From: Vampirovibrionaceae bacterium NZW_1234 | GTDB lineage: Bacteria > Cyanobacteriota > Vampirovibrionia > Vampirovibrionales > JAGQHJ01 | DNA length: 64,000 nucleotides | Assembly (NCBI GenBank): GCA_041697335.1 | Contig: JBGUGD010000009.1 | Coordinates: 93,415 to 157,414, forward strand | Direction: 5' to 3' | Shown: positions 8,620 through 17,778 of the stretch, piece by piece | Numbering within the stretch: the first letter of the stretch is position 1 | Layout: each line of letters starts with the position of its first letter | Program-made: the position numbers and the translations under genes | The notes under the pieces: model-generated | Told to the model about the DNA's origin: nothing | The model's database searches: none | What the model saw: only the letters and a program-made list of their open reading frames with translations

Positions 8620-11121
8620 ATGCCAATGATTGGAGTAAATCCTTATTACGATGGATCTGCCAACCGAACTTTCGGTGGGAATGAACCAAATCAGCCGTCA
8701 GCTCCAAGTTCGCCTTCCACTGGCTCCAACGCAAATTATGTAGATCAGGCCAGACAGGCTGAACTTCAAGAGCGTAATCGACGGTATAACGCTCGTGGAC
8801 AGTTCTATGAAGCCCAAAAGAAACGGGAAGAAAAGGGTTGGGCATGGTGGGCTAACCCGACTGTTGACATGGAAAGCCTGCAGAAACGCCAGAACGAGGA
8901 AGCACAGAATTTACGTAACCAGGCTCCAGAGGTTAAACCTCAGAAAACCGGGTGGCAAAAATTCTGGAGTGGTGTTAAGTGTGCTACTAACTTTGTGAAA
9001 GGTGCAACGGTTGGTTTTGTTAAGAAAACCTACCAAAGCATGTGCTGTGACGAGAACGGCAATTTTAGTTGGAAGAAAACTTTAACCTCTGCGGCAGTTG
9101 TTGGTGTTGCTGTCGCTGCCTGCGCAATACCCGGTGTCGGACCTGTTATTTCAGCAGGTTTATTGGCATATGGCTTAGGCTCTTCAGCCATTGCTGTTGC
9201 TCAAAACGCTGCTAAAGTTTATGACTTGTACAGCAAAGGCGAGTACGAAATGGCAGAAGCAGCTGGTTATGAGCTAGGGGTGGAAACCACCAATGCCGCA
9301 ATGTGTTTCGCCGGTGGTATGCAGGCCCTCAAGGCAATGAAAGCAGCTCGTGCTGCTCAGGCTGCTCAGGCTGCCAATCGAGCCACTTCAATTGCTAATC
9401 GGGCTGGAAAGCTTGCCAACTTAGCGGATGATGCCATTGCGATGTCTGACAAAGGCAAATTAATTGCAAGATTGCCTATTAAAGGTGGTGGCACAAAAGA
9501 ACTGGATGTTCTGAAAAATATTACACGTGCTGCAGACAAAGCAGATGATATGCTTCCGATGGTCACTCGTGGTACACGCTATGCCAGAAATGGTTCTAGT
9601 ATGGCCGATAAAGCCAAGTCTGCCGCAGAAGGCATGCGTAATTCGGCTGAAAGAGTTAAAGCTGCAGCTGACAAATTGAAAGATATGGATAAGCTGCGTA
9701 AAGCGCAACAAGAAGCACGTCAAGCTATGAAAGACTTGGCACCAAAACTGAAGGATCAAAGAAGTACCATCACTCGACTGGAATCGCAGCTTAAATCTGC
9801 TACGTCCAAGTCGCAAAGAAGAACTATTACCAAGCAATTGGAAACTGCTAAAACGCAGGCTTCACAGACCAAAGCTCAAATGCAGCAATTGGGTGGTAAG
9901 CTCAAAGAAGCCAAGGCACCTATGCGGGAAGTTAAAGATGCGCTGCGTGAATACCAGGCTCACGCCCGTGATTTTGCTAAGGTGGCTCGCAAGTCTTCGA
10001 ATCTGACCACACGATCCAATATGCAGTATTTGGCTCGCCAAAAGCAGGCAGGTTTTAGAGGTGGTTGGAAAAACCCGCTTAACTTGGTTGCAAGACCCTT
10101 GGCTCGCATTAAGAATGCCGGTATGGAAGTTCTTCGTGAAACCAAGCTCAGCATGGGCTTTAAAGTGAAGCCTCCTACAGGCACTGCTGAAGCTGCTAAG
10201 TCTGGCTGGAGATTGACCCGCTGGATGCCAAAACCCTGGAAATGGATGCGCAGCGGTAGCAAAATGGTCGATAAAATGACCAAGCCGAAGCCGCTCCGGG
10301 TTCCCGGTATTGATAAACCTAGAGGTTTCGATGCAATGAGTGCCGCTGAGAAAGCTGCCTTTAGACAACAACGGGCTGCACTCTATGATCAGGCTCGCAC
10401 GAATTTGACCGGTCGCAATGTTAAACTGGATCCTGTAAGACCGAAACCAGTCAGTACTAATCCAAGACCTACATCTCCGACTCCGGCGCCCAGCACAGTG
10501 GCTTCTCCGCCACCAGCACCTGCGGTCACTAATCCTGTTGCTCCGGTTGTTCGAGGAGGCCGTACCTTAACACCCAGTGAAGTAGCTCGTAATGCCAGAG
10601 TTCAGCAAGTGCGAGATGCAGTAGAAGTCGGTAAGCAATGGGTGTACAACAGAGCAACCAAAACCTGGAGTTGGATCTGGGGAGATAAAAACAAACCCAC
10701 TCAAATTGTGGGTGATACCCTTCCCAGAATCTTTACCAGCCCTAATTTGGCTACTCGTACCCAGGTTCGCTTGCCCTATGCAGTGCTTGCTGTCTCTGAA
10801 GGTCGTAACATGCTAGGTGTTGGAACCACCACGGATGAAATGATGGATCCCTTCCGGGCACCAAACGTGGAAAGATACGATCCTAACGCTGCTCGGGAAC
10901 AGGGTGACGATACTTCTGCTCCTGCAGGGATTCGTTACAGAAGCAATTACACGCCTGTTATCGAAGGAACTCCAGTTGCCACTGTTGGTGGAACATCTGT
11001 TCCTTATGGAACCTGGGTATCCTCTTACGATGATATGTATGGAAGTTACATTATGGACGATGTTCCAGGATCTTACACAGGAGGGCGAACTGCCGGTACC
11101 CGGTTCGCAACCAGTGGGTAA
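8620..11121 (+). CDS. 833-aa hypothetical protein: hydrophobic double helix (~aa 155-200), long Ala/Lys coiled coil, basic/Pro-rich C-terminal half
   Basis: GAGGGGG SD; long open frame; TLTSAAVVGVAVAACAIPGVGPVISAGLLAYGLGSSAIAVA segment. Confidence 0.85.
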   Translation: MPMIGVNPYYDGSANRTFGGNEPNQPSAPSSPSTGSNANYVDQARQAELQERNRRYNARGQFYEAQKKREEKGWAWWANPTVDMESLQKRQNEEAQNLRNQAPEVKPQKTGWQKFWSGVKCATNFVKGATVGFVKKTYQSMCCDENGNFSWKKTLTSAAVVGVAVAACAIPGVGPVISAGLLAYGLGSSAIAVAQNAAKVYDLYSKGEYEMAEAAGYELGVETTNAAMCFAGGMQALKAMKAARAAQAAQAANRATSIANRAGKLANLADDAIAMSDKGKLIARLPIKGGGTKELDVLKNITRAADKADDMLPMVTRGTRYARNGSSMADKAKSAAEGMRNSAERVKAAADKLKDMDKLRKAQQEARQAMKDLAPKLKDQRSTITRLESQLKSATSKSQRRTITKQLETAKTQASQTKAQMQQLGGKLKEAKAPMREVKDALREYQAHARDFAKVARKSSNLTTRSNMQYLARQKQAGFRGGWKNPLNLVARPLARIKNAGMEVLRETKLSMGFKVKPPTGTAEAAKSGWRLTRWMPKPWKWMRSGSKMVDKMTKPKPLRVPGIDKPRGFDAMSAAEKAAFRQQRAALYDQARTNLTGRNVKLDPVRPKPVSTNPRPTSPTPAPSTVASPPPAPAVTNPVAPVVRGGRTLTPSEVARNARVQQVRDAVEVGKQWVYNRATKTWSWIWGDKNKPTQIVGDTLPRIFTSPNLATRTQVRLPYAVLAVSEGRNMLGVGTTTDEMMDPFRAPNVERYDPNAAREQGDDTSAPAGIRYRSNYTPVIEGTPVATVGGTSVPYGTWVSSYDDMYGSYIMDDVPGSYTGGRTAGTRFATSG

Positions 11122-11129
11122 CTTGATAC

Positions 11130-11162
11130 AAAAAGCCTCATCCCAACGATGAGGCTTTTTTA
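11130..11162. terminator. Bidirectional intrinsic terminator between convergent genes
   Basis: aaaaagcctcatc-ccaac-gatgaggcttttt. Confidence 0.85.
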
Positions 11163-12338
11163 GTTCACATTGAGCGCTATTCGTGTATCAAATTGACCAC
11201 GTACTCGTTGATCCAAATCCTGAATTGTACTTAGGGAAGGACAAGAAGTGAGATCTTTTGCATGCAGGTTCATTACTTGTTCAATAAGACGAGGAATATC
11301 CATAAAGCCGATCCTGCCTTTCAAGAACGCATCCACGGCCAGCTCATCGGCGGCGTTTAGGACCACGGGCATGGTGCCGCCGATTTTGGCGGCTTGGCGG
11401 GCCAGGGCCAGGCACGGAAATTTATCGGGATCTGCTGGGTAAAGTTCAAGTTGGGAGAGCTGGGTCAGATCCAGGTGGAGGTCGGAATCAGTGGCTGACC
11501 AGCGTTCGGGGAAGGTGAGTCCGTATTGCAGGGGGACCCGCATATCCGGCTGGCCGAGTTGAGCAATAATCGAGCCATCGTTAAAGGCGACGGCGCTGTG
11601 AATGATGCTTTGAGGGTGAACCACGACCTCAATCTGATTCAGGGGCATTTGAAATAGATGATGGGCTTCGATAATTTCCAGGCCTTTGTTCATCATGGTG
11701 GCTGAATCAATGGTGACTTTGGGGCCCATTTGCCAGTTGGGGTGCTGCAAGGCTTGTTGCGGAGTGACGGAGGCCAAGGCGTCGGGAGAAATACTTCGGA
11801 ACGGGCCGCCAGAGGCGGTGAGATAGAGCTTGCGGACTTCTGTTTGAGGGGACTGGCATCCTTGCAGGCATTGAAAAATAGCAGAATGCTCACTATCCAG
11901 CGGGACAATCTGATCCAGATACGGGGCGACCAGATGCCCGGCAACGACAAATGTTTCCTTGTTCGCTGTAAGGACTTTCTTCCCGGCCTCAAGGGCTCGA
12001 AGGGTCGGCAGTAATCCGGCAAATCCGGTAATGCCCACGACAACGATATCCACATCTTCATGGGTGACAATATCACAAAGGCCGGTTTCTCCCACAGCGA
12101 TGAAGGGCAGGGGGTACTTCGAGTCGTGAGCAAGCTTATCGCGAAAGTCACCCAGAGCATTCTCATCTGCCACACAAACAAGCTGTGGTGAAAAGGCTTG
12201 AACCTGGTCTGCCAAAAGGGACGTATTTCGTCCCGCTGCGAGTGCCACAACCTGAAACGCCTGATGATAATGGGCCAGGATACTGAGTGTTTGTGTTCCG
12301 ATTGACCCCGTGGAGCCAAGAACGGCGACTCGTTTCAA
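11160..12338 (-). CDS. dxr: 1-deoxy-D-xylulose 5-phosphate reductoisomerase
   Basis: LGSTGSIG, ANKE, DSEHSAIFQ, TASGGPFR, HPNWxMGPKVTIDSATMMNKGLEIIEA motifs. Confidence 0.97.
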   Translation of the reverse strand: MKRVAVLGSTGSIGTQTLSILAHYHQAFQVVALAAGRNTSLLADQVQAFSPQLVCVADENALGDFRDKLAHDSKYPLPFIAVGETGLCDIVTHEDVDIVVVGITGFAGLLPTLRALEAGKKVLTANKETFVVAGHLVAPYLDQIVPLDSEHSAIFQCLQGCQSPQTEVRKLYLTASGGPFRSISPDALASVTPQQALQHPNWQMGPKVTIDSATMMNKGLEIIEAHHLFQMPLNQIEVVVHPQSIIHSAVAFNDGSIIAQLGQPDMRVPLQYGLTFPERWSATDSDLHLDLTQLSQLELYPADPDKFPCLALARQAAKIGGTMPVVLNAADELAVDAFLKGRIGFMDIPRLIEQVMNLHAKDLTSCPSLSTIQDLDQRVRGQFDTRIALNVN

Positions 12339-12356
12339 GGAAAGGTCCTCTTCAGC

Positions 12357-12569
12357 CTAGAGCTTGGACATCGCACCGCATGCGGTGCAGACATACTCGG
12401 GCTCGCCCCAGGAGTTCAGGCCCCGATAGACCATATTCTCACCACAGTGGCATTGCACGGTATCCTTGTTGGCAGCAATGCCTTTGGCATTTTCACATTG
12501 CGGGTTCATGCAGCGAGTACCGGTTTCCGTCTTGAGGATTCGGCCGTTACACAAAGTACATCTATCCAT
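12357..12569 (-). CDS. Small Cys-rich double zinc-ribbon protein
   Basis: GGAGG before ATG 12569; CTLC, CMNPQC, CHC, CTAC; co-oriented 18 nt upstream of dxr. Confidence 0.7.
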   Translation of the reverse strand: MDRCTLCNGRILKTETGTRCMNPQCENAKGIAANKDTVQCHCGENMVYRGLNSWGEPEYVCTACGAMSKL

Positions 12570-12672
12570 GGTGCAGTCCTCCATCAGCATTCGATTGAGC
12601 GTATCCCTTCTATTTTATCCAAGAGATACGCTATGCAACAGCGTCAGTTTTGTGTCCTGGACTGAGGCTGCT

Positions 12673-13239
12673 TTAAGCAGGAGGATTCTCTAAGGCTTGC
12701 ACGTTGCTCACTTCTCCTGCCACACGTGTGCCATCGCCCATTAAAATGCGTGTTGATGGGGGGAGTTGGCGTCTGATTTGAGTATAGAGGGCGTTAATCG
12801 CTTTGATAGTTTTTGCATTTTGGTGCGTATCGGACCCGCTGAAGCCGGATTGTATCTTGCCATTGAAAGACACATCGACATAGTCCTTGAATGCACGAGC
12901 CACACGACTGTCCAAGAACGTTTCAACAACCGAGTCCAGTACATCGGGTACGAGCAGATCAATCCGGTGCGGGCTGACACGGCTATAAAACGCGAGCGCT
13001 GTGGGGGGCAGTAAGTCAGGCGTTTCAGTTAATGTTTGGCTCACCACATCTCGGCTTTCATCCACAATAGCTTTGGTAATGGTATGCACATACTTCTCGG
13101 CCGCAAAAAGATTGGTGGTATCTGGGCCACCGCCACGGCGTTGGAACTTTTGAAAGCCGGGTCGGGTCACATCGTATTTTGAATCCAGTCTGACCTGGAA
13201 GTGGGAACCAAAACGGAGTGAAGTCGGGGTCAGTGTCAT
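12673..13239 (-). CDS. Hypothetical protein with N-terminal PTSLRFG motif
   Basis: 188-aa ORF; N-terminus resembles that of neighbour 13417..14007. Confidence 0.7.
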   Translation of the reverse strand: MTLTPTSLRFGSHFQVRLDSKYDVTRPGFQKFQRRGGGPDTTNLFAAEKYVHTITKAIVDESRDVVSQTLTETPDLLPPTALAFYSRVSPHRIDLLVPDVLDSVVETFLDSRVARAFKDYVDVSFNGKIQSGFSGSDTHQNAKTIKAINALYTQIRRQLPPSTRILMGDGTRVAGEVSNVQALENPPA

Positions 13240-13416
13240 CGTCTGTATCTTCCTATCGATTGTAATGTTCTAAATGAGTGGATCGGAGTGGTTGGGTCTT
13301 CTAATGAAGGCAGAAAATGATGACAAATTGCTTTTGGTAAGCAAAAAAAATTGATGGATAAAACGAAGCGAGCCGCTTACTTGCCACTCGCTTCGTTTCT
13401 CAAGAGTCATTGTATT

Positions 13417-14007
13417 TTATGAGCGACCTTGGAAAATACTCTCCGGGGTTTTCAAGTACACACGTCCCCGCAGTTTATAGTTTTCCAGATGTTCCCGAGC
13501 ATAGCGTTCGGCATCTTCCCATTGGCGGGGTGACAACTTGTCTTTCAGGCTGTTCAAGTGACCTTTGGCCTCAGGAACACCTTCTGAAGCGGCCAGGAGC
13601 ATCAGGCCAACATAGGGAACCTTGTGGTGGGGCAGGCGATCCATGAGGGCGCCCATAATGTCCTCACCCAATCGAAGGCGTTTCACAAATTGATAAAAAC
13701 GTTTCGGACTCGACCGTTCATCCGGTTGATCTAGCATGAACCGAGCCAATTGGTACCGTGCTTCAGGAAAATCTGGCTCTTTGGCCAGTCCTTCCAACAT
13801 GGCTTTGGCCTTTTCCAGATCACGCAGTTTCGGATTAATGGGGCCATGCGCAAATGCTTGGCCGGTTTCATACATAATGGCTTCTGACAGTCGGCGTTGA
13901 TTCGGGGTGCTTTGCTGTTCTACCGTCGCCGTCGTGTCGTCACCGCCATAAAGGCGCAGATAAGGACGATCACCGCCAAAGCGTAAAGACGAAGGAGGAA
14001 TGTGCAT
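13417..14007 (-). CDS. Hypothetical protein with N-terminal PSSLRFG motif and Sel1/TPR-like helices
   Basis: EARYQLARF and LAASEGVPEAKGHLNSLKDKLSPRQWEDAERYARE resemble the C-terminal helices of Sel1-repeat proteins. Confidence 0.7.
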   Translation of the reverse strand: MHIPPSSLRFGGDRPYLRLYGGDDTTATVEQQSTPNQRRLSEAIMYETGQAFAHGPINPKLRDLEKAKAMLEGLAKEPDFPEARYQLARFMLDQPDERSSPKRFYQFVKRLRLGEDIMGALMDRLPHHKVPYVGLMLLAASEGVPEAKGHLNSLKDKLSPRQWEDAERYAREHLENYKLRGRVYLKTPESIFQGRS

Positions 14008-14200
14008 CAGGGGTTCCTTTATTTCAATCTTCGTGAATAGAGATGTTGTAATGAGATATAAAACAAGGCAAAGGTCACAATTGCGTCCGACTCACATTTC
14101 CTGTTGAAGCGCTATTATTGCCATTAGGACCGGCCTTTTATGGTGGGTCGAAATCATGTGGATATGGAAAACCAAAAAGAATCTTAGGATTCCTGATTTA

Positions 14201-14241
14201 CTAGCAAAACTAAAAAAACAGTTGTGTTTATATTTATACAA
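14201..14241 (+). promoter_or_regulatory. Shared promoter-like motif CTAGCAAAA-N14-GTGTTTATATTTATACAA
   Basis: CTAGCA..TTTATA also found at ~16335 and ~17445. Confidence 0.65.
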
Positions 14242-14727
14242 GCAATGATGATGGTGCCAAACACCTAAATTATGGGCTTGCGGTTAGATGGAAGTTATAG
14301 GCTGTGTACGAATAAAGAGTCTGTCAGAAGGATGCATATAAACAGATCTGCACGCTGTTTAGAATTGCCCCTCGATGACAATAACGATTTCAACCCACGT
14401 GTATAATCCCACGGCATACGGTGATTGACCCATAGGTGCCAACACCCGTTGCCACAGGGACACATGCAACTGTAGACAATACCATTTTCTCTTCTTTCAA
14501 GAGAAAAACATTGTGTTGGCATGCAGTGGGATCACGCGCTCTGCAAATAAGAGAAAATGCAGGCGGGTCTTCACCTGCACGAAAAAGCAACTTAATTCAA
14601 TGGGAAAGGAAAAACCAATGAGTTGATATGCAAGCGAATGACCCGAAAAACAAGGATAAAAGACGGTTATTAGGCGATATTCAGAGAATTATTCGGTAAC
14701 ACATAAGCTGGGAGGATTACTTAAGGT

Positions 14728-16170
14728 ATGAAAGAATTTGAATTTTTATTACCCCTGTATATGGATTTAAGTGTCTCGGGTTCAAGTGCAGCCTCGGGTG
14801 CATCCAATGTTGAGGCCCCCAAACGCAAGAAGCCCGAAGAGTTGCAGCAAACAACGGATTCTGTGGCAGAGTTGCCGGAATCGGAAACGGATGATGCGTC
14901 AAAAGTATCAGAAAGTTCTGCCCAAATGCCGACAGGCGACTTTGACGATGCTATGGGCGATTTCGAAGAGGTCAGTTTAAAAGACTCAGCTGCACCCGAG
15001 GATGATACGACTGAAGTTAGTGATACCAGTGGTACGCCCGAGGATGATACCACGGAAGTCAGTGATACCAGTGGCACGCCAGAAGATGACACAACGGAAG
15101 TAAAAGACACCAGTGGCACTCCGGAAGATGATACCACCGAAGTGAAAGACACGGGCAAACCGCCTGCTAAGCCAGAAGAAAAGGACGATACGGCCCGAGC
15201 TGCCGAAAAAAAGGATAAACCTGCTACCAAGCCTGATGCAAAAGGTGGTAAGTTGGATCCCGAAAAATTACCAACGTTTAAAGATATGAAGGGGGCGCCT
15301 CCGGAAGCTCGTGATTTAACCGATCAGAAAATTGATGAAAACAACGTTGGCGATGCCGCTAAAATGGCAAAAGACAAGGGTGTCGGTTTTAAAGGCGATG
15401 CTAAGGAAGTGGTTGCAAGAGCTACAGAGATGGTAAAAGCCGGTATTAAGAAAAACGAACAGCTTTTAGCCGCTAAAGGTGGTGGGGCTGGTAAGGATAC
15501 AGCCAAACCGTCTGGTGATAATGCAGGTGGTCTTGGCAAAGATGGCGCCTCTGCCAAAGATGGTGGCGGTGGAATCGGAAGTAATGCTGGCGGAGAACCC
15601 GTTCGTTTCCCTCGTGAATTCTGGGGTGCCGGGCCAGACGCGGAAAATATCAAATCCCAGTTGGAGCAACAAGTTGGACCGCTGGTTGATCAATGTAATA
15701 AACTGGCGGATCAGGTTGACGGGGGCCAAGGTGCTAAAGGTAATGATAAAAAACCTGAAAACAAAGAGAAAGCCGGTGGCGGTGAAGGTGCGCCTCCAAC
15801 GAAAGAAGCCAAGGGTAAAGAAGGCACCGGTGGTAAAGAAACCAAGCCCGCAGCCAAAGAACCCAGTCCATTCGCTCGGCGGACGGATCTTAAGCCCGGT
15901 GAAAAACAGCCCTCTGTTGAAGACACGGCACGCCGCTTAAGAACGGAAGATCCCTCTGGTAAAAAACTCAATGAAGCTCTGGATGGTTTGAAAAAAGAAG
16001 ATATTAATGGATTTAACCCCTTCAATAACGATTTGCCAAACCTCCAGCGATTATTACGGCAACGTTTACGAGATCTTCAAGCCAATCCCACGGCGGAAAA
16101 CCAGAAATTAATTGAACAAACTCGACAGAACCTTCGAGAAATAGATAATCGAATGCGTTCGGTTGCCTAG
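14728..16170 (+). CDS. Acidic low-complexity protein A (paralogue of 17779..19023)
   Basis: GGGAGG upstream; core PTFK..DKGVGFKGD..NEQLL..GGGGIG..P..FW aligns to protein C. Confidence 0.85.
   Translation: MKEFEFLLPLYMDLSVSGSSAASGASNVEAPKRKKPEELQQTTDSVAELPESETDDASKVSESSAQMPTGDFDDAMGDFEEVSLKDSAAPEDDTTEVSDTSGTPEDDTTEVSDTSGTPEDDTTEVKDTSGTPEDDTTEVKDTGKPPAKPEEKDDTARAAEKKDKPATKPDAKGGKLDPEKLPTFKDMKGAPPEARDLTDQKIDENNVGDAAKMAKDKGVGFKGDAKEVVARATEMVKAGIKKNEQLLAAKGGGAGKDTAKPSGDNAGGLGKDGASAKDGGGGIGSNAGGEPVRFPREFWGAGPDAENIKSQLEQQVGPLVDQCNKLADQVDGGQGAKGNDKKPENKEKAGGGEGAPPTKEAKGKEGTGGKETKPAAKEPSPFARRTDLKPGEKQPSVEDTARRLRTEDPSGKKLNEALDGLKKEDINGFNPFNNDLPNLQRLLRQRLRDLQANPTAENQKLIEQTRQNLREIDNRMRSVA
14995..15156 (+). 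repeat. 4x 42-nt coding repeat (PEDDTTEV[SK]DTSGT)
   Basis: Visible in both translation and DNA, with synonymous differences between units. Confidence 0.9.
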
Positions 16171-16215
16171 TTGTTCAACAGTCAATGGAAATTATGAATG
16201 TGAAACAGGTTTTCA

Positions 16216-16278
16216 ACCTAGCGTAACTGTCGTAAACACTTACGAGACAACCCCCGACGCAAGTCGGGGGCTTTTTTT
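16216..16278 (+). ncRNA. Conserved 3'-UTR element (34 nt) plus terminator; candidate antisense/sRNA, copy 1
   Basis: acctagcgtaactgtcgtaaacacttacgagaca is identical to 17267-17300 and complementary to 17742-17767; followed by cccccgac-gcaa-gtcggggg and a T tract. Confidence 0.6.
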
Positions 16279-16334
16279 AGCGTTCTTTAGACTCTTTTTG
16301 GAAAACTTAAAAGACCCTTAAACTCACATCAAAT

Positions 16335-16367
16335 CTAGCACAAGGGACTTCAAGGATTGTTTTTATA
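16335..16367 (+). promoter_or_regulatory. Shared promoter-like motif CTAGCACAA-N15-GTTTTTATA
   Basis: Motif conservation. Confidence 0.65.
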
Positions 16368-16581
16368 CATTTAGAAAGACCTGATATGAATAATGATACT
16401 AGGCTGTGTACGGTAAATTAACGAGTCAATTAAAACGAGCAGTGCTTTTAACACAATAGGAAGCACTCTGGTGTGTACCCGCTGACTGTCGCCAGGTACG
16501 GCTTATGGTGCTAGGCATTGCCCGGCGTATCGTCAACGAGTCTCAAGGGCTGAGACTGAATGATATTCTAGGCTGAGAGGA

Positions 16582-17256
16582 ATGACTACTATGATGAAGA
16601 CCACATTCGAGTTTTTAACCCCAGTGTATAAAGTAGGGCTGCCCATCCTGTCCCAATCGGGTGCGGCAGGGGCCACATTTAAAAAATTGTTGGAGGACAC
16701 GCAAAAAAGTGCGCCACAGCAACAACCGGGTGCAGCGTCCCCGTTGGCGGGACCGTCTCAGGATACCCTGCAGAGTGACAACACAAACCAAGTAAATCCC
16801 AGCGATGACGATGCCGATTTATTTGAAGCCCAAGGACAAGGCCCACAGGGTGCTGAGGATCCGGGCGCAGCTGAGCCCGCAGGTGAAACCGAGGGTACCC
16901 AGGGGAACCCAAACCCAACTGGAACTCCTGGTGAGGGTGATAATACGGCCAAGGGGACAGAGGGACCCAATGGGGCACAACAAGAACAAGGCGACGCCCC
17001 CCGGAGCCTTCAAGATCTGGAGAAAGAGTACAAAGAGTTGGTCGATGGCTATGAAAGGCTTTCTCAGCAAGAGAAGGAAAGTCCCACGGGCAAGCGGTTA
17101 GAACAAGTTCTCCGGGACATCGAGAAAAAACTTGAGGAAAAGCGAAAGGAAAAAGCCACTGGTCAACCTGGAGGCAACAACCCCCAAAATCCGCAGAACC
17201 CGCAAAATGCTGAAAACGGTCAAAATCAGCAACGTCGACAGCTCCAAGCATCCTAG
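16582..17256 (+). CDS. Low-complexity protein B with C-terminal coiled coil
   Basis: N-terminus FEFLTPVY matches FEFLLPLY of protein A; the start may be the ATG at 16591 or 16594. Confidence 0.8.
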   Translation: MTTMMKTTFEFLTPVYKVGLPILSQSGAAGATFKKLLEDTQKSAPQQQPGAASPLAGPSQDTLQSDNTNQVNPSDDDADLFEAQGQGPQGAEDPGAAEPAGETEGTQGNPNPTGTPGEGDNTAKGTEGPNGAQQEQGDAPRSLQDLEKEYKELVDGYERLSQQEKESPTGKRLEQVLRDIEKKLEEKRKEKATGQPGGNNPQNPQNPQNAENGQNQQRRQLQAS

Positions 17257-17266
17257 ATTTATTTTC

Positions 17267-17329
17267 ACCTAGCGTAACTGTCGTAAACACTTACGAGACA
17301 CCCCCCGATACCCATCGGGGGCTTTTTTT
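17267..17329 (+). ncRNA. Conserved 3'-UTR element (34 nt) plus terminator; candidate antisense/sRNA, copy 2
   Basis: Identical to 16216-16249; followed by cccccgat-accc-atcggggg and a T tract. Confidence 0.6.
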
Positions 17330-17444
17330 ATCTGCACTGGTTTCAATTCAAGACGTCCCTCTAAGGGATTGACCCTCATTATCCATGTGCTGAAAATGAA
17401 CGTCAAACGCAGATCCTTAAGAGATTATTAGGATCGTCTTGAAA

Positions 17445-17485
17445 CTAGCACAAACGAAATCTAAAACGATTTTATATTTATACAA
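17445..17485 (+). promoter_or_regulatory. Shared promoter-like motif CTAGCACAA-N14-GATTTTATATTTATACAA
   Basis: Motif conservation with 14201 and 16335. Confidence 0.65.
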
Positions 17486-17778
17486 ACAAACGAGCCAATC
17501 ACATCATCAAGGTGAACTGCTGCTCAAACGTAGGCTGGTGAACAAGACAAGTTTTATTAAATCAGCTGTTGATGCATGCCGTGCTACTTTGCCGTGAATG
17601 GCAAGATACTTCGGTGAATCTAGCTTCGTGAGGTCAATAGTTACGTAAGGAAATAACCGATGTCATAAGTCTTTATCGTGCGGTCGTGCGCAATCACGGT
17701 CCAGAGTGGGCTGTCGCGTGCGCTGTTGTGAGTCAAGTTATGTAAGTGTTTACGACAATACGCTGGGAGGAAAAACAA

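Noticed and set aside
16216..17300. 34-nt identical repeat as a CRISPR repeat or att/target-site duplication
   Set aside because: Only two direct copies ~1 kb apart, each fused to a terminator; no cas gene or integrase. The position fits a 3'-UTR element better.
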